A stretch of DNA of 28,224 nucleotides from a virus (lineage: Duplodnaviria; Caudoviricetes): positions 1-28,224 of the IMG/VR virus record IMGVR_UViG_3300020438_000208; one strand, given 5' to 3'. The position numbers were made by a program, and so were the translations under genes. Position 1 is the stretch's first letter; every line of letters begins with the position of its first letter. The notes beneath the pieces were generated by a model, which did no database searches, was not told the DNA's origin, and saw only the letters and a list, made by a program, of their open reading frames with translations. Positions 17,852 through 26,765 of the stretch are shown here, piece after piece.

Positions 17852-20800
17852 TGGCGACATATAAGCAAGGAAATACATTTGATACATCAGGGAATGTAAC
17901 GGGTGTCACTGAAACTCCAAACTGGTATAGCGATAAGGCAGGGTCTTATGGCACAGTTGGTGCTATCGTGCCAGTATTGGTTAACGATTATAGTGACAAT
18001 ATAGGAACAATTGAAGCACCTCATTATGCTAATAGAGGGTACTTATATTGTGATGGAACATCATATAATATTAGAGACTATCCCTTACTATATGAAATAG
18101 TTGGTAATGAGTATCTAACACCATCAGAGTTAATTGATTCAAACTCATATACTTTTACTGCTACTGGTGAATCAGGTTCTATTTTTAGAACATTTATTGA
18201 TGGTACTGACATATATGCAGAAGTATATAAGTATGAATATACACCACCAGGATCATCAACTGCTATCAAGCAACGTGCAATACCACATGAGTCAAGATTA
18301 AGGTTTGTTGGTTCTCTTGGATCTTTCCCTGCTGGTGCTACTAATATATTTGAAGCAGATAAAGATTATTATCTAGAGTATAATCCAACATATCAAAATC
18401 TTTCAACAAGACAAGATACTACAGTACATAGAATATTAGTTAACCAAGCAATATCAAATACTACGACTGTAGTAACAACGACTGTACAGGTTAATTGGAC
18501 TATCAGTTCTGGAACTCTTATTGTACCATCTGGTACAGATCAATATTATATTTTACCAATAGAATATTATGGTACTGTTCCTGAAGCTGTGCCAGGATCA
18601 ATCAATGCTCAGACTGGATTACCATACCTTAGTGGGTATACTTCATACGAACCAAACGCATTAAATTATAGTCCTGAATTTAATTGGGGTAATTTAACTG
18701 GAATGCCTGATGGTGTTGATATTGATTCTTATGAAATATATCTTCAGAATATGTCATTGCAAGATATGGTGCAATGGCATGTAACAGGTATTCCTGCTAG
18801 TGTTACGACTTTGCAAAGTAATGCTGTATTGCCAACTGGTGCAGTTATACAACCCAATACAGTATCACAATCATCTGTTCAACCACCAGCAGGTACTCCT
18901 GCTTCGTGGATTAGAGATAGTGGATACTCAGGACCACAACCAGAGGGAGGTGAGAAACATCTTTATAGATTTAATGTTATTGCTAAACTGTCAAATGGAC
19001 AGGATCTAATACAGAGTATAGATTTTACCGCAGGTAATGGTTCGTTGATACCAACGTATAGTGGTAATCCTAATTACACTAATAATCTTACCATAACTGG
19101 TGTAACTAGTAATGTAACTGATAATATTTTTAACATAGAGTGGGGTACTCTTGGTCCATATACTAAGGATGCACAAGGAAATGTAACAGGACATCCTAAG
19201 GCAAGAATTAGAAAAGCATATAGTCAAACAGATTATCCATATGTATTAGGAACATTTAGAGTACCAGATTATAGAGACAGGAAGTTAATTGGATATGGTG
19301 AAGGTGTTGAGGGTGCAGGTACTCCACTTGTAGAAGCACGTGCAACAGTAAAAGTTGGTGATATCGGTGGTAAATGGTATATACCAACCACTACAATAGA
19401 TGATCCAGCAGAGTTCTTTACTATTAGTGATGTTGTAACATCAGGTTATAGTGATATACAGACTCAAGTTCAAGCATATTTAACTGGTGAAAAGAAATTT
19501 GTTGTCGGACCTATACAAGACTATGTTTTCAATAGACCAGCAACACATGATCATCAAATTCTTCGTAGTGAAGTAGATGAGCAGAATGAAGTATCGTTAG
19601 GTGGTCTTGATAGATTCACTACTTCATATCGTAATATTAAAGGTACTGTATCAACATTCATACCAGGCACATCAGATGAGATTGCGTTAGGTCATTCTCA
19701 TGGTCTAACATCATATAGACCAACAAACTCTTCTACTGCAACCTATGGTAATATTGCTGGTATTGGTGACTACAGTGCTAGTTCTGCTGGAACTATAGGA
19801 CAAGAATCATGGACAACGCCAGGTAGTCATACATGGACTGCACCAACAGATGTTACTTCTGTTTGTGTAGTAACAGTTGGTGGTGGTGCAGGTGGTGCAG
19901 GTGGAACAAAAGGTGGTGGTGGTGCTGGTTTAGGATATACCAACAATATCACTGTCGTTCCAGGTCAGACGTATAATTTATTTGTAGGTGCTGGTGCAAC
20001 TGGTGGTGCTGCTTCTACTGGTGATCATCCAGGACAAGATAGTTATTTCATTGATAGTACCACATGCTTAGGTAAAGGTGGTGGTACATCAACTGCTGGT
20101 GATTCATCTAGTTATGGAACATTTGTTGGTGATGGTGGTGGTAATGGAGATCCATCTTCTGCTAATGGTGGTGGAGGTGGAGCTGGTGGATATGCTCTTA
20201 ACCAAGGTGGTGGTGGAGTAGGAACTGATACAGATGTCACTGGAGGTGGTGCAGGTGGTGGTGGAGTAGGTCTTAAAGGACAAGGATCTACTGGTTCTGA
20301 TGGATCCCCTAGTACACAATCCACACAAGGTGGGATAATGCAGGGTGGTAGAGGTGGATCAGGTGGTACAAATGGTGGTAATACTATTGCACCATCAGAA
20401 CAAAATGCTACTAATCCAACTGCTGCAATAGGACAACAAGCATTTACAACTGCTGGTACATTTGATTGGGTAGCACCAGCTGGTGTTACTGAGGTAGACG
20501 TAGTAGCAGTTGGTGGAGGATCAGGCGGTGGACAACAAAGTAATGGTGGTGCTGGTGGTGGACTAGGATATAAAAACTCAATATCTGTGACTCCTGGTAA
20601 TACCTACCAAGTGATAGTCGGTTCTGGTGGTGCTGGATCAGTTAATACTCTTGGTGCTGCTGGTGGAGATAGTTATTTTATTGATACTAACACAGTAAAA
20701 GGTGGAGGTGGAACAGCAAATGGTACAGGTGGTACTTATGCTGGTGCAGGTGGTGGTGTTGGTGGTGCTAAAACACAATATGGATCTGGTGGTGGTGCTG

Positions 20801-23800
20801 CTGGATATTCTGGAAATGGTGGTGGTGGAACAGTAGTAGATGGATCAGGTGGTGGTGCTGGTGCTGGATCCGCATTTACTGGAGCAGTTGGTGGTGGTGC
20901 TGGAGGTGGTGGTGTTGGTATAACTGGTATCGGTGCTAGTGGTTCTGCTGGCAATCCACCTACTACATCAACACAGAATGCTATGATGTTGGGTGGTGGT
21001 GCTGGATCTGGAGGTAATACTGGAGGTAATGCAACTTCACCAACTTTATCAGATTCATGGGTATTAAGTAACGATACTGGAAGTAATTGGTCTTTCTGGT
21101 CTACTTTCATGAATGATTACGCCATTTATAAATCAATACCAGCTAATAATGCTACTGATCCATATCGTAATGCAATACAAGGTAATAGTCATACTTTTAA
21201 TGTTGCTCAGAGTGGAAATCTTAGTATTGAAGTACAATGTGATAATGAAGGAACTGTTAGTTGGGATGGTGTTGCCCTTGGTGGTGGTGGAGTAGAAGCA
21301 AGAGGTCAGGCAGAATTTACAACAGCAGGTTCACAGAATTGGACAGCACCTGCTGGTGTGACATCAGTAGCAGTTGTAGCGGTTGGTGCTGGTCAAGGTG
21401 GTGGTAATGATAACTCTGGTGGAGGCGGTGGTGGCCTAGGATATAAGAATAGTGTAACAGTCGTTCCAGGTCAGTCATATACAGTAGTCGTTGGACAAGC
21501 TGGATCAGGAACAACAGGATCACAAGGTAATGTTGGTGGAGATAGTTATTTCATTAATGCTACCACAGTAAAAGGTGGTGGTGGTAATAATGGTGTTGGT
21601 GGAACCTATGTCGGTGATGGAGGAGGTGTAGGTGGTGGAAAAGGTTCTGCTGGAGGTGGTGGTGGAGCCGCTGGATATTCAGGATCAGGTGGATCTGCTT
21701 CTAATGCTACTGGACAAGGCGGTGGTGGTGGAGTTGGTAGTTCAACTACTGTAACTGGCACAGGTGCTGGATCAGGTGGTGGTGGTGTAGGAATATATGG
21801 TCAAGGAAGTTCAGGTGCTGGTGGTAGTCCAGTTGTACAAAACTCAGCAAGTTCAGCAATGGGTGGTGGACAAGGTGGATCAGGTGGTACTGCTGGTACT
21901 TCAATTACATCTCCTTCTTCATCAGGTGGTGCTACTCCAACTCCTGCTGTTGGTCAAGCAGAATGGACAACGCCAGGTACATATACATGGACAGCACCTA
22001 CTGGAGTTACTGAAGTTTCTAGTGTAGCAGTTGGTGCTGGTGCTGGTGGTGTTCAGAATGGTTCAGGTGGTGGTGGTGGATTAGCTTGGCGTAATGCGAT
22101 TCAAGTCACACCAGGACAGACGTATACTGTGGTCGTTGGTGCTGGTGGTGCTGGATCATCTTCTGGTAGTTCTACTAATGCGAATAGAGGTGGAGATAGT
22201 TATTTTATTGATATAACCACGTGTAGAGGTGGTGGTGGTGGATGGGCAAGTGGTTCAATCACAACTGGTGGTGGTTATGTAGGTCAAGGTGGTGATAATG
22301 GAGATACAGTTTCTGCCTATCAAGGTGGAGGTGGTGCAGGTGGATATTCTGCTGGAAATACTGGTGGAGGTGGTGGCACAGGTGCAGGTAGTGCTTGTAA
22401 TTTTGGTGGTGCTGGTGGTGGAGGAGTAGGAATATATGGTCAAGGTGCTAGTGGAAATCAAAATGTTACTTCCTATTCATGTATATCAACAAATTATGGT
22501 AGAAGGGTAGAAGGTGGTACTGGTGGATCAGGTGGTTCTGACGGAGAAGATAGTCCAAGTGGTATGCCTTATCTAAGTGCTAGTCACTGGGAACGTTCAG
22601 GTCCATGGCCTACTGATGGTTCATGGGGTTCTACTAACTATTGGTCTCAGTTCATGAATGATTGGGCTGTATGTAGAGCAAAGCCAAATAATCTTAATGA
22701 TCCTTATCCTTGGAATGGAGTTGCTGATCCTTGGGGTAAAATATTTGATGTTCCAAGTACATTAAATCAAGTATATCTTGATGTGCAGGTTGATGATCAA
22801 TGTACTATAGGTGTTGGTAAAGTTACAACTAATGTTGGTTACTCTGGTATACAATGGTCTCTTACCAATCAGTTGCAACAAGCTACTGATGGTAGAGTAA
22901 CATATAACTTAGGAACTCTTACTGCTGGTAGACATTATATACTTGGTACTTTGACTAACACTGGTACTGGTGCTTGGAATGGTCCCAACCCTTGTGGTCT
23001 TGCGTGGATAATATATACAAATCCAAATGACAAGTGGGGATCTATGATCCTTGACTCACTTGACATGGCTAGTGGTCCTTTTAGTACTCATACTGATTTT
23101 GATGGTGGTAATGGTGGTGCTATCGGTGGTGGAGGTGGTGCATGTAATATTGGTGGTGGAGTACCTGCTGGTGCTGGATATATTGGTGGAGATGGTGGTG
23201 ACGGTGCTGTAAGAATTATGTGGGGAACAGGTAGATCATTCCCTAGTACATTAACTACTGATCAAACACCACAAAATTATAATCCTGGAACTGGTACATC
23301 ATATGGATCAGTCGCTGGTGGACCTGGCGGTGGATATGGTGGAGGTGGTGGTGCTGGATATGGTGGAAGTTCACCATATGAAGGTGGTGCTGGTGGTATG
23401 GGTGCGGTAAGAATTATTTGGGGATCAGGTAGAACATTCCCATCAACAGATACTCAAGATGTAACAACACAATCTTATGTTGCTGGTCAACCAAGCATTG
23501 TTAGTACTTTCTTTGGCGATCCAAGTGTAATATATGATCTTGGTAACGTTACTGCTGGTGATCATACCATAGGATTTACATGTAAGAATACAGGTAATGC
23601 TGATGCTTGGTCTCTAAATCCTGCTGGTATTGCTTGGTCTGTTCATTCTACAGGTAACACAGGAAATAAATTACAGACATCAGCTGATGCTGTTGGTGCT
23701 GCTGGATGGACATCATATGCTGGTGGTGATGGTGGAGATAATGGTGGTGGAGGTGGAGCTGGATATAACCTCGCTGGTGGTGATGGAGGAGATGGTGCTG

Positions 23801-26763
23801 TAAGAATTATGTGGGGTGGAACAGGTAGACAATACCCATTGAATGCATTTGATCAGACACCACAAAATTATAATCCTGGTGGTGCAGGAACATTTACACC
23901 TATGACTGGTGGATTTGGTGGAGAAGTTGGTGGTGGTGGAGGTAGTGGATACACTTCTGCTGGTGGAAAAGGTGGTGATGGTGGAGTCAGAGTTATTTGG
24001 GGTGATGGTAGAACATTCCCTAGTGATGCTGAAGATGTAACTGGTTCAAGTGGTGGTTGTTTAAATTATAAGATTACTGAAGCACCATCTATCGCTATTA
24101 ATAGTGTAGAAAGTGATGGTACTAAAATTACATGTGTTACTGCACTAGATCACGGATTTGCTGTTGGTGATTGGATAACATTCTTGGATGTTGGTACAGG
24201 ATATAATGGTACACATCAAATTATTGCTGAAGGATATAATACAAATACATTTAAAGTAGAACCATATAGTAATGCACCTGTTGCTGGTACTGGTGATGCC
24301 ACTGGTAAAGTTAGAGAAGCAGCAGGTTATTTCACTGATGTTACATCAATACCAGATCCTAAGGTTTGGGTAGTTGATGATCAAACTAGAATAGGTGGTA
24401 AACCAATAGTATCACAATCACCTGATGATTATGAATCAGTTCCAGGATATGAAGCGGTACTAACAAGTTCAGGAACTATTACTAAGAGTCTTGCAAGTGG
24501 AACTGATAAGGTAAGAAGATATAGCATACAAATGACTGCACCTGGTGGTGGAGGTGGTGGTTCACAAGGAAATGGTGGAACTGGTGGAAATGCATCTGTA
24601 ACCTTTGACTATATTATTAATGGAGTAAAATCACAATATACAATATATGCTTATGGTGGTACAGGTGGTACTGCTGGTAGTTCAGGTGGTGCTGGTGGTG
24701 CTGGTGGAGGATTCTTAGTTCCTTCTGCATTGGTTAGTGATCCAAACTTTAGTATTAACACTCAATTGGTTGGTAATGATGGTGCTAATGGAGGTTCTCC
24801 TGATCAGTCAACTCCTCAGGGTGGAATAGGATACACTCAAGGTAATGCTATATTAGTTGGTGCTGGTGGTAATGGTGCATATAGTACAACACCTAATTTA
24901 GGTAGTTTCCAAAGAAACTTTACTTCTAATGGAGCATTTAATGCTGCTACTGATCCATCAGTTCCTGCTGGTTCTGCTGTTGTTTATATTGATATTGATG
25001 CATCAGGTGGTGCAGGTGGTGATGGTAACTCTCAAAGAAGAGCAGGTTGTCAAACTCAGTCATATCTTAACAGTTCAGGATCTACACAAACTGGTGTAGG
25101 TGGTACTGGTGGACAAGGTAGACGAGTAACAGGTAGAACATCTAATAGTAATAGTTTTACATTCACTATTGGTTCTGCTGGTGGAAATGGATATAATAAT
25201 ACAGAGGGAACAACTGGTGAACCAAGAAATAATAATGTAGGTACTGGTGCTTCATCTGGTGGATATGGTGGTAGTGGAGCATGGGGTAATGGTTCTGCTG
25301 CTGGTGCTGGTGGAGGAGCAACTTCAGTCTTAGCTGGAGGTGGATATATTCTTGGTGCTGCTGGTGGCGGTGGCGGTGGAGGAGGAGGCGGTGGATTCAA
25401 TGGTGGTTCAATCTACGATAAGTGTTGGACTGGTGGACCAGGTAATCCCCCTGCACAAGCATTATTGTCTACTCAATCTATTGGATTCGCTTCTGGTGCA
25501 GGTGGTGGTGAAGGTGGTTGCACAGCAGGTGGTGGAGGTGGAGGTGGAGCAGGTGCTGGAACCTCAGGATCTGGTGGATCTTCTGGAGTTGCTGGTGCTG
25601 GTCACGTTAATACTGGATCAGGATCTGGTGGTTATGGTGGTCAATCTGCATACAATAGCAATTATATTACTAACGCAACTGAAAGTGCTGGATCAACTGG
25701 AAATGGATATGTCAACTTCACAGTTCATCATGAAGGTAACCAATTAGATCCTTCAGGTGGTGGTGGTGGAGCTGGTGCTACATTATTAATTTCTTGGGCA
25801 TTTGAAGATGTTGATGGTGCAACTGATATTGTTGCTAGTCTCGGTAATGTTGGTAATGGTGGAACTGGTGGTAACTCACAATCTGGATCAGCAGGGTATA
25901 TAATAGTAGATGCAGAAAAAATTCTTGAAGGAAGTGAAAATGCTCCTACTGGATATACTGCAGCTAGAGGAAATGTTTATGAAGTTCCTGGTTATCCTGA
26001 TGCACCAATTTGGCCTGCAACTTCATCTCTTAGTGGTGGTGCTATATGGCACAGTGCCAGTGACGATGTAATTACAGTTCTTCCTGCAACTGGTACTTTC
26101 CCTGCTCATTCAACACAAGCAAGTAAATTTATTAAGTTTGTTGGTGAAGGTAATAGATACCTACAATTAGGTGGATTTAATTTAATTTCAGCAGAAGAAT
26201 TAGTATTCTATATTATTAAAGGTGATGGTACTAATGGTGGTGATACACCAGAGGAAGACTTAGCATTATACTATAAACTCAATCTTGACGCACCTAATGA
26301 TACTTTAGTACAAGTTATTGCTAGTATCACTGAAACTGATCAAGGATGGAAAAAGTATACTTATACTATTAGTGATAATGATCCTATAAAACAAAGTAGT
26401 GTATTTTTAATATTACGTCAGGTTAGACCATCTAATTCTGGTAGTGACTGGGATGATGATGGTGCTGATGTGTGGGGTCTTGCTGAATTTGGTATTAAAT
26501 ATGGTGAGGTTACAGCACAAGTATTCACACCATCTACTAATTCTGAAATACCAGGAAATACAGGAACATGTGGACCTGATACTGGTATAGATGTTGTTAG
26601 AAAGACTGTTACTGCTTCACAATCTAATATTAGATTTACTGATGGTACATTTGCATTGTCTTCATCAACACCAATATCAATTAGTGCAACAGCAACACCA
26701 GAAGAGAATATACCTCTTGCAACTAGATACCACAGAGCTAAATACCTTATAAAAGCATTCTAA
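17851..26763 (+). CDS. Large tail-collar fibre protein (2970 aa) with nested glycine-rich and putative carbohydrate-binding domains
   Basis: Split collar domain (GYLYCDG...YPLLYEIVG at ~18037-18114; GTFRVPDYRDR at ~19249); HxH at 19546 and 19693; six Gly-rich domains; C-terminal KYLIKAF like the two upstream paralogues; TGATG overlap with the previous gene. Confidence 0.85.
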   Translation: MATYKQGNTFDTSGNVTGVTETPNWYSDKAGSYGTVGAIVPVLVNDYSDNIGTIEAPHYANRGYLYCDGTSYNIRDYPLLYEIVGNEYLTPSELIDSNSYTFTATGESGSIFRTFIDGTDIYAEVYKYEYTPPGSSTAIKQRAIPHESRLRFVGSLGSFPAGATNIFEADKDYYLEYNPTYQNLSTRQDTTVHRILVNQAISNTTTVVTTTVQVNWTISSGTLIVPSGTDQYYILPIEYYGTVPEAVPGSINAQTGLPYLSGYTSYEPNALNYSPEFNWGNLTGMPDGVDIDSYEIYLQNMSLQDMVQWHVTGIPASVTTLQSNAVLPTGAVIQPNTVSQSSVQPPAGTPASWIRDSGYSGPQPEGGEKHLYRFNVIAKLSNGQDLIQSIDFTAGNGSLIPTYSGNPNYTNNLTITGVTSNVTDNIFNIEWGTLGPYTKDAQGNVTGHPKARIRKAYSQTDYPYVLGTFRVPDYRDRKLIGYGEGVEGAGTPLVEARATVKVGDIGGKWYIPTTTIDDPAEFFTISDVVTSGYSDIQTQVQAYLTGEKKFVVGPIQDYVFNRPATHDHQILRSEVDEQNEVSLGGLDRFTTSYRNIKGTVSTFIPGTSDEIALGHSHGLTSYRPTNSSTATYGNIAGIGDYSASSAGTIGQESWTTPGSHTWTAPTDVTSVCVVTVGGGAGGAGGTKGGGGAGLGYTNNITVVPGQTYNLFVGAGATGGAASTGDHPGQDSYFIDSTTCLGKGGGTSTAGDSSSYGTFVGDGGGNGDPSSANGGGGGAGGYALNQGGGGVGTDTDVTGGGAGGGGVGLKGQGSTGSDGSPSTQSTQGGIMQGGRGGSGGTNGGNTIAPSEQNATNPTAAIGQQAFTTAGTFDWVAPAGVTEVDVVAVGGGSGGGQQSNGGAGGGLGYKNSISVTPGNTYQVIVGSGGAGSVNTLGAAGGDSYFIDTNTVKGGGGTANGTGGTYAGAGGGVGGAKTQYGSGGGAAGYSGNGGGGTVVDGSGGGAGAGSAFTGAVGGGAGGGGVGITGIGASGSAGNPPTTSTQNAMMLGGGAGSGGNTGGNATSPTLSDSWVLSNDTGSNWSFWSTFMNDYAIYKSIPANNATDPYRNAIQGNSHTFNVAQSGNLSIEVQCDNEGTVSWDGVALGGGGVEARGQAEFTTAGSQNWTAPAGVTSVAVVAVGAGQGGGNDNSGGGGGGLGYKNSVTVVPGQSYTVVVGQAGSGTTGSQGNVGGDSYFINATTVKGGGGNNGVGGTYVGDGGGVGGGKGSAGGGGGAAGYSGSGGSASNATGQGGGGGVGSSTTVTGTGAGSGGGGVGIYGQGSSGAGGSPVVQNSASSAMGGGQGGSGGTAGTSITSPSSSGGATPTPAVGQAEWTTPGTYTWTAPTGVTEVSSVAVGAGAGGVQNGSGGGGGLAWRNAIQVTPGQTYTVVVGAGGAGSSSGSSTNANRGGDSYFIDITTCRGGGGGWASGSITTGGGYVGQGGDNGDTVSAYQGGGGAGGYSAGNTGGGGGTGAGSACNFGGAGGGGVGIYGQGASGNQNVTSYSCISTNYGRRVEGGTGGSGGSDGEDSPSGMPYLSASHWERSGPWPTDGSWGSTNYWSQFMNDWAVCRAKPNNLNDPYPWNGVADPWGKIFDVPSTLNQVYLDVQVDDQCTIGVGKVTTNVGYSGIQWSLTNQLQQATDGRVTYNLGTLTAGRHYILGTLTNTGTGAWNGPNPCGLAWIIYTNPNDKWGSMILDSLDMASGPFSTHTDFDGGNGGAIGGGGGACNIGGGVPAGAGYIGGDGGDGAVRIMWGTGRSFPSTLTTDQTPQNYNPGTGTSYGSVAGGPGGGYGGGGGAGYGGSSPYEGGAGGMGAVRIIWGSGRTFPSTDTQDVTTQSYVAGQPSIVSTFFGDPSVIYDLGNVTAGDHTIGFTCKNTGNADAWSLNPAGIAWSVHSTGNTGNKLQTSADAVGAAGWTSYAGGDGGDNGGGGGAGYNLAGGDGGDGAVRIMWGGTGRQYPLNAFDQTPQNYNPGGAGTFTPMTGGFGGEVGGGGGSGYTSAGGKGGDGGVRVIWGDGRTFPSDAEDVTGSSGGCLNYKITEAPSIAINSVESDGTKITCVTALDHGFAVGDWITFLDVGTGYNGTHQIIAEGYNTNTFKVEPYSNAPVAGTGDATGKVREAAGYFTDVTSIPDPKVWVVDDQTRIGGKPIVSQSPDDYESVPGYEAVLTSSGTITKSLASGTDKVRRYSIQMTAPGGGGGGSQGNGGTGGNASVTFDYIINGVKSQYTIYAYGGTGGTAGSSGGAGGAGGGFLVPSALVSDPNFSINTQLVGNDGANGGSPDQSTPQGGIGYTQGNAILVGAGGNGAYSTTPNLGSFQRNFTSNGAFNAATDPSVPAGSAVVYIDIDASGGAGGDGNSQRRAGCQTQSYLNSSGSTQTGVGGTGGQGRRVTGRTSNSNSFTFTIGSAGGNGYNNTEGTTGEPRNNNVGTGASSGGYGGSGAWGNGSAAGAGGGATSVLAGGGYILGAAGGGGGGGGGGGFNGGSIYDKCWTGGPGNPPAQALLSTQSIGFASGAGGGEGGCTAGGGGGGGAGAGTSGSGGSSGVAGAGHVNTGSGSGGYGGQSAYNSNYITNATESAGSTGNGYVNFTVHHEGNQLDPSGGGGGAGATLLISWAFEDVDGATDIVASLGNVGNGGTGGNSQSGSAGYIIVDAEKILEGSENAPTGYTAARGNVYEVPGYPDAPIWPATSSLSGGAIWHSASDDVITVLPATGTFPAHSTQASKFIKFVGEGNRYLQLGGFNLISAEELVFYIIKGDGTNGGDTPEEDLALYYKLNLDAPNDTLVQVIASITETDQGWKKYTYTISDNDPIKQSSVFLILRQVRPSNSGSDWDDDGADVWGLAEFGIKYGEVTAQVFTPSTNSEIPGNTGTCGPDTGIDVVRKTVTASQSNIRFTDGTFALSSSTPISISATATPEENIPLATRYHRAKYLIKAF
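19795..24060 (+). repeat. Four Gly-rich domains (GQ...TT.G...W.AP..VT.V.VV.VG ... G.VR[IV][IM]WG) plus two WS.FMND...NP.G.AW domains, nested
   Basis: Openers at 19795, 20428, 21301 and 21949; closers with VR..WG at ~23209, 23407, 23800 and 23986. Confidence 0.9.
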
Positions 26764-26765
26764 AA

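Noticed and set aside
20104-25400. Pro-rich minus-strand ORFs (e.g. 20112-20324, 20736-21110, 25056-25400)
   Set aside because: They are antisense shadows of GGT/GGA glycine codons in the fibre gene, with no independent coding signal.
19870-25870. (GGT)n runs as microsatellites, collagen or contingency loci
   Set aside because: They are in-frame Gly runs with mixed codons, and there is no Gly-X-Y periodicity.
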